A stretch of 64,000 nucleotides of DNA from an uncultured Acidobacteriota bacterium (lineage in GTDB: Bacteria > Acidobacteriota > JAQAZP01), in assembly GCA_963836075.1 (NCBI GenBank), contig CAWIIB010000009.1, forward strand, positions 3,392,001-3,456,000, read 5' to 3'. A program made the translations under genes and the position numbers. Below are positions 1 through 10,317 of the stretch, in pieces. The first letter of the stretch is position 1, and each line of letters opens with the position of its first letter. Below the pieces are notes generated by a model. That model made no database searches. It was not told the origin of the DNA and was given only the letters and a program-made list of their open reading frames with translations.

Positions 1-1225
1 CATGGAGCAAGGCCAGCATTCCGAACCGGATGGCGGTGCTGCGCCAGGCCGTTCGGGCGAGGAAGGCGAAATATCCGCCTTTGACCAGCGTGTTGCTCAT
101 CATCGCCACCAGGATGGCCATGACGGTCATGGGAATCTGGCCCTCCGGACGCACGACCCGGACCAGGGAGAGGATGTAGGGGTCGATGTCGGTCACGCCG
201 ACAATCGCGGAGAGACCGAGCAGGCCGGCATTGCCGAAGTTCTGCTCGATAAGTACGGTGGCGACGGAGAGCGCCACGAACACGAGGGCGAAGAGCAGGG
301 CCGGCCTGATCTCGAAGGGGTTTTGCAGGTTGTTGATCTGCTCCGTGTCGGCGGGTTTACCCCCCTTCCCGGACCAGAAGGAGAGCAGGGCGCCGGCCAG
401 GGCGAGAACCGCCAACGGCCACCAGAGGAATGGCACCACGCTGCGGTTGATGATCCAGACCAATACCAGGACCCGGAGATACATCACGCTGCTGGCCAGC
501 AGGGCTGCCTGAAGGGCGTTGTTCGCCCGATTTTCATCATGCTGGACCAGCCGGCCCATGGCGATGGCTACTGCGGTGCTGGAGACCACGCCCCCGAGCA
601 AGCCGGCGAGCCACAGCCCATAGCGGGCGCCGAACTTTTTCACCAGGAAGTAACCGACGAACCCCACGGTGGAAACAAGGATTACGATCTGCCAGATCCG
701 TGCGGGATTAAGCTGGAACCTGGTGAAGGACTCGTTGGGCAGGGCGGGGAGAATGATCACGGTGACGATGAGGAATTTGAGAACAGCGAGGAACTCCGCC
801 TTGTCCAGCCGTTCGACAAACCGCTCCAGCCCCGCCTTTTCGGTGAGGAGCAGCGTGTTGACCACCGCCAGTGTCACCGGCACCCAGATGTCGGTGATCA
901 GGGCCAGGGCGCCGGTGATGTAGGTCAGTGCGGCGGCGATTTCACTGGTCCAGCCGGCCTGCCCCTCCCTGATCCGGGCCATGTAGCCGGCCACGGCCAG
1001 GGCGGTCACGGTGAGCAGGCCCAGGGGCAGGGCTGAGGGGATACCGGACTGGTGGAGCCAGGCACAGCCGAATCCGAACAGGCTGATGATGGTGTAGGTG
1101 CGTACGCCGATCAGGATACGCCTGTTGTCCCGCAGCTTGACACTTTCGCGTTCGAGACCAACCAGCAGGCCGAGACCCAGCGCCACGAGAAAGCGGAGCT
1201 CAAATGTCCATTCGAGGTTTCCCAT
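1..1225 (-). CDS. MgtC/SapB-family membrane protein with DUF4010-like C-terminal region (3' end runs off the window)
   Basis: Absent from the ORF track because there is no stop in the window. Manual translation from ATG at 1225 gives MGNLEWTFELRFLVALGLGLLVGLERE...LIGVRTYTIISLFG, matching the MgtC 'GLERE...G.RT' signature, followed by many hydrophobic segments. Confidence 0.8.
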   Translation of the reverse strand, partial: MGNLEWTFELRFLVALGLGLLVGLERESVKLRDNRRILIGVRTYTIISLFGFGCAWLHQSGIPSALPLGLLTVTALAVAGYMARIREGQAGWTSEIAAALTYITGALALITDIWVPVTLAVVNTLLLTEKAGLERFVERLDKAEFLAVLKFLIVTVIILPALPNESFTRFQLNPARIWQIVILVSTVGFVGYFLVKKFGARYGLWLAGLLGGVVSSTAVAIAMGRLVQHDENRANNALQAALLASSVMYLRVLVLVWIINRSVVPFLWWPLAVLALAGALLSFWSGKGGKPADTEQINNLQNPFEIRPALLFALVFVALSVATVLIEQNFGNAGLLGLSAIVGVTDIDPYILSLVRVVRPEGQIPMTVMAILVAMMSNTLVKGGYFAFLARTAWRSTAIRFGMLALLH

Positions 1226-1408
1226 CGCAATACCTTTCCGGCTGGCGGCGTCTGACGGGACGGCAACCTTTGCTTATTGTAACAGCAACCGCGGACGGGA
1301 AAAATAGAACGTTTGCTGCGTTCCTGTTTTCGGATGTAACATGGCGAGTGTGATCGATTCACGTGCCCTGATAACGATGCCATCACTGTTGCCGGGAGAA
1401 TTCCGTCG

Positions 1409-3493
1409 ATGGCCGTCCACCTCACCGCCTGCCCGAGAAATTGCTACAGCACCTGCGCCATGAAGGTGACGGTGGAGGAGGGGCGGCTCACCGCGGTGGA
1501 GCCCCACCCGGGCAACCGGGCCACGGCCGAAGGCCCATGCCTCAAGGGGCTGAGCTACGTGGAGCGGCAGCACAGCCCCGACAGGCTGCTCCACCCCCTG
1601 CGGCGGCAGCCTGACGGTTCATTGGTGCAGGTGGGCTGGGACGAGGCGCTGGACGCGGTGGCCCGGCAGCTGCGATCGGTGCTCGAGACCTACGGTCCCC
1701 GGGCGGTCCTGCACTACGCCGGCAGCGGCACCAAGGGTCTGCTCAACGAGTGCAGTCTCGCCTTCTGGCGCCGTTTCGGCGGCTGCACCACCACCTACGG
1801 CGACCTCTGCTGGCCGGCGGGGCTGGAAGCCGCCCGGCTGACCCTCGGCGAGAACATCCACAACGCCCCCTGGGATCTGGCCAATGCCCGGCTCATCGTG
1901 CTCTGGGGCAAGAACCCGGCGGAGACCAATATCCACCAGCAGATCTTCATCAACCAGGCGCTGGATGAAGGCGCCCGGCTGGTGGTGGTCGACCCGCGGC
2001 GCACCGAGAGCGCCGAACGGGCCCAATTGCTCATCCAGCCCAAACCGGGCACCGACGGCTTCCTCGCCCTGGCCGTGGCCAAACTGCTGGTGGAAAGGGG
2101 AGGGGTGGACGAAGAGTTCGTCCACCGGCACGTCCTCGGATTCGACCGCTTCGCTGCCATGGTGCGGGAGATCGATCTCGAAGAAGTGGTCCGAACCTGC
2201 GGGGTGCCGGTGCCGGCCATGGAGACGCTGGCCGGCCTGTTCGCCCGTGTCCATCCGGCAACCATCTGCGCCGGCTACGGCATGCAGCGCTACACCAACA
2301 GCGGCCAGACCATGCGGGCGCTGCTTTCGCTGCCGGTGATCACCGGCAACATCGGCAAGCCGGGCGGGGGATGGGTCTACGCCAACCTGCAGACCCATGT
2401 ATTCGGCGGCCCCCGGGACCCGGTGGCCTGTTTTCCGCCGGAAACGGACGACGGCCCGTTGAGGGTCTCGGTCTCCACTGCCCGGCTGGGCCGGGACATG
2501 CTCGAGCAGCGCGACCCGCCGCTGAAACTGGCCTGGGTGGAGCGGGGCAACCCCCTGGCCCAGAACCCGGAGACAGGCAAGGTGCGCGAAGCCTTTCGGG
2601 CCCTCGATTTCCGGGTGGTGGTGGACCAGTTCCTCACCGACACCGCCCGTGAGGCCGATCTGGTGCTGCCGGCCAAAACCATGTTCGAGCAGACCGATGT
2701 CATCGGCGCATACTGGCACCACTATCTCCAGCTGCGGCCGGGAATTATCGACCTGCCCGGTGAGGTGCGGCCGGAGACGGAGATCTTCCGCGACCTGGCC
2801 CGCCGGCTTGGTATGGACGGACCGGGGCCGGGAGGAAAAGACCTGGACCAGGAGATCCCCGGGCCAGGTGACCGTGAAGTTCGGGCCTGGCTGGAGAAGC
2901 GGCTTGATCCCCTCGGGCTTTCCCTGACCGATTTTGACGACGGACCGGTGTTGGCGCCCGGCTCAGTGGAAGTGGCTTTCAGTGACGGCGTGTTCCCCAC
3001 GCCATCGGGAAAGATCGAACTCTACTCTGAAGAGGCCGTGAGTCGCTGGGGTGTGGACCCACTGCCGCGCTGTTCCCTGCCCTTGGAGACGGCGTCCCGC
3101 CCGCAGAGTAATCAAGAGACGCCGCTCCAACTGCTCACCCCGAACACGAAGAACCGCATCCACTCACAGTTCGGCAACCTGGAGCTGATCAAGGCCCGGG
3201 AGCCCGGGCCTGAGCTGCAGATCCATCCCGACGATGCCGCGGCCCGGTCCATTGGTCCCGGCGACCGGGTGCGGGTGTTCAACGAGCGGGGCGACTTTAA
3301 CCTGCCCGCGCGAGTGGACGCCGGCATCCGCCGGGGCTGTGTGGCTGTGCCCAACGGCTGGTGGGGCGAGGAAGGCGGTCCGGTGAACCTCACCTCCATG
3401 GGGCGCGAGACCGACATGGCCCACGGCGCGGCCTTTCACGACAACCTGGTGCAGGTGGTTCGGGAAACGAAAGCAGGGAAGGGACGGCGATGA
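1409..3493 (+). CDS. Molybdopterin (Mo/W-bisPGD) oxidoreductase catalytic subunit, DMSO-reductase superfamily, no Tat signal
   Basis: N-terminal CPRNCYSTC...C Fe-S motif, LWGKNPAETN, VVVDPRRT, ADLVLPA and C-terminal HSQF...IHPDDAAAR molybdopterin-binding domain. Confidence 0.92.
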   Translation: MAVHLTACPRNCYSTCAMKVTVEEGRLTAVEPHPGNRATAEGPCLKGLSYVERQHSPDRLLHPLRRQPDGSLVQVGWDEALDAVARQLRSVLETYGPRAVLHYAGSGTKGLLNECSLAFWRRFGGCTTTYGDLCWPAGLEAARLTLGENIHNAPWDLANARLIVLWGKNPAETNIHQQIFINQALDEGARLVVVDPRRTESAERAQLLIQPKPGTDGFLALAVAKLLVERGGVDEEFVHRHVLGFDRFAAMVREIDLEEVVRTCGVPVPAMETLAGLFARVHPATICAGYGMQRYTNSGQTMRALLSLPVITGNIGKPGGGWVYANLQTHVFGGPRDPVACFPPETDDGPLRVSVSTARLGRDMLEQRDPPLKLAWVERGNPLAQNPETGKVREAFRALDFRVVVDQFLTDTAREADLVLPAKTMFEQTDVIGAYWHHYLQLRPGIIDLPGEVRPETEIFRDLARRLGMDGPGPGGKDLDQEIPGPGDREVRAWLEKRLDPLGLSLTDFDDGPVLAPGSVEVAFSDGVFPTPSGKIELYSEEAVSRWGVDPLPRCSLPLETASRPQSNQETPLQLLTPNTKNRIHSQFGNLELIKAREPGPELQIHPDDAAARSIGPGDRVRVFNERGDFNLPARVDAGIRRGCVAVPNGWWGEEGGPVNLTSMGRETDMAHGAAFHDNLVQVVRETKAGKGRR

Positions 3494-4830
3494 GCGGCCA
3501 GGGCGCATTCGTCATCGATCTCAATCGCTGCACCGGCTGCCGGGCCTGCGAACTGGCCTGTGTGATCGCCAACCAGCTGCCGGCGGACAGCACCTGGCGC
3601 GGAGTCCGCAAGTTCAACGAAATGCATATCCCCGGGGTGGAGTCCTTTCACCTCTCCCTGGCCTGCAACCACTGCTCAAAGGCTCCCTGCATGGAGCAGT
3701 GCCCGGCCCGGGCCTACCACCGTGACCCGCAGACCGGCGCGGTGCTGATCGACGACATGAAATGTATCGGCTGCGGCTACTGTGCCTGGGTCTGTCCCTG
3801 GGATGCTCCCCGAATGGACGAAAAACGGGGTGTGATGACCAAGTGCACCTTCTGCCATGAACGGCTGGAGCAGGGGAGGGAGCCGGCCTGTGTCATTGGC
3901 TGTCCCACCGCCGCCCTGGGCTGGACCGAGCGAGAAGAGGGGCAGCCACTGCCACAGGTCCCTGGATTTGCCGATGCCGACACCGGTCCCGCCGTGCACC
4001 TGGTGCCTCTCCTCGATACTCGCCGGCTGCCCGAGATAGCCGAACCGCCGGCCATGCCTCCATGGCGGGAGGCTTTTCAGCGGCTGGCACCCCGTATCAC
4101 TCTGGCGGCGGAGTGGCCCCTGGCGCTGTTCACCTTCCTGCTGTCGCTGTTGGCCGGGTTTTTTGCCGCAGCGCAACTCGGCGCCCCGGCCCTGGACTGG
4201 CGGCTCTTCGCCGGCATCGGCCTGATTGGTTTGCTGTTCAGCACGGCCCACCTGGGGCGCAAGGGACGGGCCTGGCGAGCCGGCCTGCACGCCGATGCCT
4301 CGTGGCTCAGCCGGGAAGTGCTGCTCTATGGTGGTTTCCTTGCCTCGGGGACTGCGGCGCTGTGCACCTGGAGCGGTTTGTCCTGGCTGGGCTGGATCGC
4401 GGCCCCACTGGGCCTCGGTGCCGCCCTGGCCGGAGACATGGTCTACCGCGTGGCCCGGGGGCGGGGCTCGGGGCCGCTGCACAGCGCACTGATCCTGCCC
4501 ACGGCGCTGCTGATCACCGCCGCCTGGGGCGGGGCCTTGCGCGCGGCGCTGATCATCTCCACGCTGAAGATGGCCCTCTACGTGGCGCGCAAGGTGTCGC
4601 GGCGGCGCCAGGGTCTCGACGTGCGGCCAATGGCCACCCTGCTGCGTATCACGCTGCTGTCGTCCGGGACTGTCTGGCTGGCCCTTGAACCGGGGCCGTC
4701 TCCTGTGGCCGCGCTGCTGCTCATTGCCGCATCGGAGTTGGTGGACCGCCTCGAATACTACGACGAACTGGAGATCCCCACTCCTGCCTCGCTGATGCTC
4801 GATGGCCTGGAAGCAAGAGCGCTGCAATAG
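3490..4830 (+). CDS. Fused 4Fe-4S dicluster (DmsB-like) and DmsC-like membrane anchor subunit
   Basis: ATG at 3490 overlaps the upstream stop (ATGA). Motifs CTGCRAC, CNHCSKAPC..CP, CIGCGYC..CP and KCTFC...PAC..GCP are followed by hydrophobic helices with 'STAHLG' and 'SWLSRE' DmsC-like motifs. Confidence 0.88.
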   Translation: MSGQGAFVIDLNRCTGCRACELACVIANQLPADSTWRGVRKFNEMHIPGVESFHLSLACNHCSKAPCMEQCPARAYHRDPQTGAVLIDDMKCIGCGYCAWVCPWDAPRMDEKRGVMTKCTFCHERLEQGREPACVIGCPTAALGWTEREEGQPLPQVPGFADADTGPAVHLVPLLDTRRLPEIAEPPAMPPWREAFQRLAPRITLAAEWPLALFTFLLSLLAGFFAAAQLGAPALDWRLFAGIGLIGLLFSTAHLGRKGRAWRAGLHADASWLSREVLLYGGFLASGTAALCTWSGLSWLGWIAAPLGLGAALAGDMVYRVARGRGSGPLHSALILPTALLITAAWGGALRAALIISTLKMALYVARKVSRRRQGLDVRPMATLLRITLLSSGTVWLALEPGPSPVAALLLIAASELVDRLEYYDELEIPTPASLMLDGLEARALQ

Positions 4831-4891
4831 AGCGGGTCCGGCGTTGATCCTTTACAACTCCATGGTCAAATGCGGCGGCGACGACAGGCGC

Positions 4892-5719
4892 TCAGCCGTC
4901 CAGCAGCCCTTTCCCGGTGGCCCAGGCGGTGAAGCCGTCCTCCAGCTGTTCGAAGGAGTCGATGACGTAGAGCAGCGGCTGCATGTGCCAGACGTCGTAT
5001 TCCTGCTCGGCAATGACCTCGGGGACAAAGGGCTGTTTCTTCACCTGGTCGGTGAGGCTGTGTTGCACCTCGGCAAAGGAGGAGAGGATGCCGTTGCCGT
5101 AGATCCGCATCCCGTCAGCTGTGCCGATCAGGCCGAACTCCACGGTGAACCAGTAGATCCGCTCCAGCCGCCGGCGGTCATCGCCCCGGGCGGCCATGGC
5201 CGCCTGGCCCATCTTCTGATAGAAGTCGGCGAACACCGGGTTGGTGATCATCGGCATATGGCCGAATACGTCGTGGAACATGTCCGGGGCCGGGGTGTAG
5301 TCCAGTTCCTTCCGTGAGCGGATATAGTCGGTGGAAGGGAAGACGCGGTCGGCCAGCTGGGAGAAAAACTCCTCCTCGTGGAGCAGGCCGGGGGTCCGGG
5401 AGACCCGCCAGTTCACCGCCTTTTCCAGGCTGCGGCTGGAGTCGGCGAGGCTGGGAATGCGGTCATCGGGGAAGGCCATGATTTTCAGGCCGTCCATATA
5501 CTCCTGGCAGCCACGCCCCACCAGCAGTTCCTGCTGCCGGGCGAAAAGGGTCTTCCAGATGTCGTGTTCGTCGTCTGTATAATCGGGGTACGGGATCTGG
5601 TCGCCAACCGGAGGCGGCCCGTCCAGTTTTACCGGGATACAGCGTGGGTCGAGAGCGTCGTCGGACGCCTTGTCGAATGCCGAGCGCAGTTCGCCCGTTT
5701 CTTCTGTCTTGTTTTTCAT
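4892..5719 (-). CDS. phhA: Phenylalanine 4-monooxygenase
   Basis: YTPAPDMFHDVFGHMP Fe-binding motif, YWFTVEFGL and IYGNGILSS. Confidence 0.95.
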   Translation of the reverse strand: MKNKTEETGELRSAFDKASDDALDPRCIPVKLDGPPPVGDQIPYPDYTDDEHDIWKTLFARQQELLVGRGCQEYMDGLKIMAFPDDRIPSLADSSRSLEKAVNWRVSRTPGLLHEEEFFSQLADRVFPSTDYIRSRKELDYTPAPDMFHDVFGHMPMITNPVFADFYQKMGQAAMAARGDDRRRLERIYWFTVEFGLIGTADGMRIYGNGILSSFAEVQHSLTDQVKKQPFVPEVIAEQEYDVWHMQPLLYVIDSFEQLEDGFTAWATGKGLLDG

Positions 5720-5729
5720 TTGATCCTCC

Positions 5730-6350
5730 TCAGGGTCCTTCGGGACGTCCCAGCTCGAACATGCTGCCGGCGGTGACGTGGGTGTAGTAGTCGGCCCCGC
5801 AGCGGCCCACCTGGTCGAGCTTCACCGGGTCGGGCATGCCGTCGGTGAGCACGGCGTCGTCAACGTGAATGTGGACGATCTCGCCGATGATGTAACTGGA
5901 GGCCAGCGCCCCCTGGCCATGCTCCACCACCTGGAAGAGACGGCACTCCATGGCCACCGGGCTTTCCTCCACCCGTGGCGCGGCAACCACCCGGCTGGTG
6001 GCCCGGTGCAGACCGGCCTGGTCGAACTCGTCCACTCCACGGGCGTAGGTCCAGGATGACTGGTTGACCTTTTCCGCCATGGGCCGGGTGACGACGTTGA
6101 TCACGTATTCCTTTGTCTCGCGGATATTGAGCAGGGAGTCCTTCGCTTTGCCGTGACGGTCGTTCAGGGGGCAGAAGACCGCTGAAGGCGGATTGGCCCC
6201 GCCAAGGCTGAAGAAACTGAAGGGGGCGAGATTTCCCAGGCCGTTGCTGTCCAGCGAACTGACCAGGGCGATGGGCCGCGGGGCCACCAGCCGGTTGAGC
6301 AGCAGGTAACGGTCGCGGATCTCGAGGTCTTTCATCGGGTATTCGGTCAT
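5730..6350 (-). CDS. Flavin reductase-like FMN-binding protein
   Basis: VAPRPIALVSS...NLAPFSFF...KDSLLNI...EYVINVV...PRVEESPVAMEC signature. Confidence 0.9.
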   Translation of the reverse strand: MTEYPMKDLEIRDRYLLLNRLVAPRPIALVSSLDSNGLGNLAPFSFFSLGGANPPSAVFCPLNDRHGKAKDSLLNIRETKEYVINVVTRPMAEKVNQSSWTYARGVDEFDQAGLHRATSRVVAAPRVEESPVAMECRLFQVVEHGQGALASSYIIGEIVHIHVDDAVLTDGMPDPVKLDQVGRCGADYYTHVTAGSMFELGRPEGP

Positions 6351-6353
6351 CGC

Positions 6354-7508
6354 TCACTCCGCCCAGGACTTGTAGTAGTCCCGGTCCTCGATCTCCAGCG
6401 CCGCCTTGGCCACCTGGAGCGGCTTGAAGGTGTCCACCATCAGGGCCAGTTCCTCGGTTCTTTTTTTGCCCATGCTCCCTTCGTAGCGGCCGGGGTGCGG
6501 GCCGTGGGGCATGCCGTCGGGATGCAGGGTGATCGAGCCGTGCTCGATGCCCTTGCGGCTCATGAAGTTCTTGCTCAGGTAGTAGAGCACCTCGTCGGTC
6601 ATCACGTTGGAGTGGGCGTAGGGCGCCGGGATCGACTCGGGGTGGAAGTCATAGGGCCGCGGGACAAAGGCGCAGACCACGAAACCGTCACCCTGGAAGG
6701 TCTGGTGCACCGGCGGCGGCTGGTGGATCATCCCCACGATCGGTTCGAAGTCGTGGATGTTGAAGGCCCAGGGGTAGTAGTACCCGTCCCAGCCGACCAC
6801 GTCGAAGGGGTGGTGGTCGAGCAGTGACTCGGTGAGGCCGCCGCGCTGCTTGACCACCATCCGGAACTCGCCCGTCTCGTCATGGGTCTGCAGCTCTTCC
6901 GGCCGGCGGATGTCCCGCTCGCTGAACGGCGCCCCCTCCACCAGTTGGCCATACTCGTTGCGGTACCGCGCGGGGGTGCGGACGTAGCCGCGGCTCTCGG
7001 TGATGAAAAAGGTCTGCGGGACGTCATCAAGCTTGAAGCGGTGCAGAATGCCGCGGTGGATCAACAGGTGGTCGCCCTCGCGGTAGGGCAGGTCGCCGAA
7101 CTGGGACTGCAGGACGCCGCTGCCCTCGGTGACGTAGACGATTTCGTCGGCCAGGCCGTTGCGGTAGAAGTGCTCGTCCTGGCGGTCCGGGCTGACGTGC
7201 TGCAGGGCCACGTCGCTGTTGAAGAGCAGCGCGGTGCGGTCCAGGGTGGGGCTGCCGCCGCGCGGGAGGCGGCCGCTGCGGAAGTGGCGCAGCCGCAGGG
7301 CCGGGTCGGGGTCGGCTTCCCAGACCACCGGGCCCAGGTGGCGCACCGCGATCACCGAGGTGGGCGGGCGGAGATGGTAGAGCAGCGAGGCCGGGCCGGT
7401 GAAGCCCTTGTTGCCCATCAGCTGTTCCTGGTGGATTCCGCCGTCCGCCTTGCGGAGTGCGGTGTGCCGCTTGGGCGGCAGCATGCCCAGCCGGTGATAC
7501 CACGGCAT
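6354..7508 (-). CDS. hmgA: Homogentisate 1,2-dioxygenase
   Basis: Start MPWYHRLG at 7508. Motifs PPKRHT, GFTGPASLLYH, HPFDVVGWDG, HQPPPVHQTF, PYAHSN and TLHPDGMPHGPHPG. Confidence 0.95.
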   Translation of the reverse strand: MPWYHRLGMLPPKRHTALRKADGGIHQEQLMGNKGFTGPASLLYHLRPPTSVIAVRHLGPVVWEADPDPALRLRHFRSGRLPRGGSPTLDRTALLFNSDVALQHVSPDRQDEHFYRNGLADEIVYVTEGSGVLQSQFGDLPYREGDHLLIHRGILHRFKLDDVPQTFFITESRGYVRTPARYRNEYGQLVEGAPFSERDIRRPEELQTHDETGEFRMVVKQRGGLTESLLDHHPFDVVGWDGYYYPWAFNIHDFEPIVGMIHQPPPVHQTFQGDGFVVCAFVPRPYDFHPESIPAPYAHSNVMTDEVLYYLSKNFMSRKGIEHGSITLHPDGMPHGPHPGRYEGSMGKKRTEELALMVDTFKPLQVAKAALEIEDRDYYKSWAE

Positions 7509-7510
7509 GG

Positions 7511-8477
7511 TCAGTTCTCCTCTGCAGATGGTGCCACGATGCTGTTGGTCAGGGTGCCCAGAAGGTCGATCTCCAGTTCCACCACGTCCCCCGCGGTGAG
7601 CCAGCCGTCCACCGTGTCCGGGCCCAGCTCGAGGATGCAACCGGTGCCCACGGTGCCGCTGCCGATGACGTCACCCGGATAGAGGGTGACATTGCTGCTG
7701 GCCCGTTCGATCATCTCGCCGAAGGAGTAGTGGATGTCCTTCCAGTTGCCGCGGGAATAGACCCGGCCGTTGACCCGGGCGGTCATGCCCAGGTCGAACC
7801 CCTTGCCCGAACGGAACGGTTCCAGCTCGTCCGGGGTGACCAGCAGCGGGCCGATGCTGGTGGCAAAGTCCTTGCCCTTGGCCGGGCCCAGTCCCACCTT
7901 CATCTCCTCGCGCTGGGCGTCGCGCAGCGACCAGTCGTTCATCACCATGTAGCCGGTGATGTGGCGCTCCGCCTCGCTGGCCCGGATGTCGCGGCCCGGT
8001 GTGCCGATCACCGCGGCCACCTCCAGCTCGTAGTCCAGCCACTGGCCGCCGGCGGGGAAGGGCAGTGGATCGCCGTGGCCCAGCATCGCCGTGTGGTTGC
8101 TGAAGTAGAAGACAGGGAAGTGGTACCACTCGGGGATCATCTCCAGGCCCCTGCGGCCGCGAGCCGTCTTGACGTGGGCCTCGAAGGCGTAGAAGTCGCG
8201 CAGGCTGGCCGCGGGAAGCACCGGCGGCAGAAAGCGGAGGCCGCCGGGGTCGAGGGCCGAGTCGGCCCGGAACAGTTGCGGGCCCGACATTGCGCATCCG
8301 GGTGGTGAACCCCTCCAGCAGCGGCAGCGCGGCCGGGTCGATGGGACCGGAGAGCCGGGTGGCTCCCTCGTGATCCGGGCCTGCCGGCATGGTGGCCAGG
8401 GGATAGACAAGGCCTTCGTGCATCACTCCGGCCCGCGCGCCCCCTCCGTCCAGCTTTTCGTAGTTGCAGTATCTCAT
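7511..8477 (-). CDS. Fumarylacetoacetate hydrolase family protein (apparent 1-nt frameshift near 8284)
   Basis: N-terminus MRYCNYEKL...GVMHEGLVYPL is in one frame. The catalytic part RDFYAFEAHV, LDYELEVAAVIG, MNDWSLRD, KGKDFATSIGP, GDVIGSGT is in another. It lies between hppD and hmgA. Confidence 0.85.
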
Positions 8478-8479
8478 GA

Positions 8480-9568
8480 TCAGAGGGTACCCCGCAGGGC
8501 CTGCTCCCGCTCGATGGACTCGAACAGGGCCTTGAAGTTGCCCTTGCCGAAACCCCGCGCGCCGCGGCGCTGGAGGATCTCGTAGAACAGCGTGGGCCGG
8601 TCCTCCACCGGGGTGGTGAAGATCTGCAGCAGGTAGCCTTGGTCGTCGCGGTCCACCAGGATGCCCAGTTCCCGCAGGTCGTCGATGTTTTCCTCGATTT
8701 CTCCCACCCGCTGGGGAAGCGTTTCGTAGTACTCATCCGGAACATGGAGGAAATCCACGCCGTTTTCCCGCAACTGGCGCACGGTGGCGACCACGTCCCG
8801 GGTGTGCAGAGCCAGGTGCTGGATACCGGGACCGTTGTAGAAATCGATGTATTCCTGGATCTGGCTCACCTTGCGCCCCATGGCCGGTTCGTTGATCGGG
8901 AACTTGATCGTCATGTCTTTGCTGGCCATCACCACGCTCTGCAGGGCGGTGAATTCGGTGGAGATGTCCTTGTCGTCGAAGGAGATGTAGCGGTGGAAGC
9001 CGAGCACCTTTTCGTAGTAGTCGGCCCAGTGGTTCATGCGGTCCAGTTCAACGTTGCCCACGATGTGGTCGATAAAGTGCAGTCCGGTGGATGGCTGTTC
9101 GATCAGGCTCTCCTCATACCCGGGCAGAAATGGCCCCTGGTAATCCATGAGGGTGAGGAAGGAATGAATGGTGTCGCCGTAAGTCCGGATGGCAGCGCGA
9201 CGTACCGTGCCCCGTTCGTCGGTTATGTCGAAAGGCTCGCTATGCGGGATCGCTCCCCGGCTGACCGCTTCCGCGTACGCCGCATCGACGTCCTGCACCT
9301 CAAAGGCGATGTCACAGGCGCCGTCGCCGTGCTTGCTCAGATGTTTGGCGATCCAACTGCCCGAGCCGTAGGGGGTGGTGAGCACCAGTCGGGCCTTCCC
9401 CTGCTCCAGAACATATGAGGCCTCCTTGCGGTTACCTGTTTCCAGGCCGCTGTAAGCGGTGCGGGTGAACCCGAAAGCACGGCGGTAAAAGAATGCCGCC
9501 TGCTTGGCGTTGCCCACCAGATACGCCACGTGGTGGATCCGTTTCAGGCCCAGGTCATTGTTGGACAT
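8480..9568 (-). CDS. hppD: 4-hydroxyphenylpyruvate dioxygenase
   Basis: Start MSNNDLG at 9568. Motifs [47 protein letters not shown] and [15 protein letters not shown]. Confidence 0.96.
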   Translation of the reverse strand: MSNNDLGLKRIHHVAYLVGNAKQAAFFYRRAFGFTRTAYSGLETGNRKEASYVLEQGKARLVLTTPYGSGSWIAKHLSKHGDGACDIAFEVQDVDAAYAEAVSRGAIPHSEPFDITDERGTVRRAAIRTYGDTIHSFLTLMDYQGPFLPGYEESLIEQPSTGLHFIDHIVGNVELDRMNHWADYYEKVLGFHRYISFDDKDISTEFTALQSVVMASKDMTIKFPINEPAMGRKVSQIQEYIDFYNGPGIQHLALHTRDVVATVRQLRENGVDFLHVPDEYYETLPQRVGEIEENIDDLRELGILVDRDDQGYLLQIFTTPVEDRPTLFYEILQRRGARGFGKGNFKALFESIEREQALRGTL

Positions 9569-9608
9569 GACATGCTCTCCATTGGGATGGGACAGGGCCG
9601 GCGGCCCG

Positions 9609-9951
9609 CTACAGGGCGTCGATCTTGGCCGCCACGATGAAGTCGTTCTCGCTGAGGCCGCCGATGGCGTGGGTGAACAGTTCGAGGTCCACCGTGTTCC
9701 ACGATATGGCGATGTTGGGGTGGTGCCCCTCCTCCTCGGCCACGTCGGCGACCTTGTTGACAAAAGCCATGGCCTCGACAAAGTCCCTGAACTGGTAGTT
9801 GCGGGTCAGCCGGTGCACCCCTTCCCGGCTGAGGGCCCACTCCGGGATCAGCGGGGTGAACCCGTCCTCCTGGCTGTCGGTGAGTACCCGGCACACCGCC
9901 TTCGCAGGGGACGCACTTCTTGTCGATCAAACAATTGCTCTTTTCGTTCAT
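9609..9951 (-). CDS. phhB: Pterin-4-alpha-carbinolamine dehydratase (apparent 1-nt frameshift near 9888)
   Basis: [21 protein letters not shown] is in one frame and continues in another as VLTD...[18 protein letters not shown]...[19 protein letters not shown]. Confidence 0.9.
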
Positions 9952-10253
9952 TGCTGCACCGTTCATGTTTTCGCCCCGCGGTGTCATCCCCCCCCAGGGA
10001 GGCGACACCCGGGCCGGGTTGGTTTTCATTGCATAAATATCTAAGCGGGAGCTAACCATTTCACCATGCCGGACCGTTCAATTTCAAGGGTTTGACTTAC
10101 TGTTTTTATGGATCATGCCCGGATCGGACGGCGTGGATGGATTTGCCCTAACTGCAACCTGTTATTTTTTAAAGAGATAGATCGAAAGTTGGCGGTTTTT
10201 TGAGAGAAGGAAATGTATTCGTGCCCAGCCGGGCAGAACGGTATGTAAGGAAA

Positions 10254-10297
10254 CCCGGGCACTCCGGGGGGCGTGAACAGCCCCCTGAGTGCCCGGG
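10254..10297 (-). terminator. Probable intrinsic terminator hairpin
   Basis: CCCGGGCACTC...GAGTGCCCGGG forms a perfect 11-bp stem with additional inner GGGGG/CCCCC pairing. It is followed by TTTCC on the minus strand, about 20 nt downstream of the stop at 10318. Confidence 0.6.
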
Positions 10298-10317
10298 GTG
10301 GATGGTTCCTGGTCAGA

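Noticed and set aside
2-1036. 344-aa plus-strand ORF
   Set aside because: It is the antisense shadow of the MgtC/DUF4010 gene and has no recognisable motifs.
1347-1363. TGTGATCGATTCACG as a CRP/FNR/Rex site upstream of the Mo-enzyme
   Set aside because: The half-site spacing fits neither TGTGA-N6-TCACA nor the Rex consensus, so it is too weak to call.
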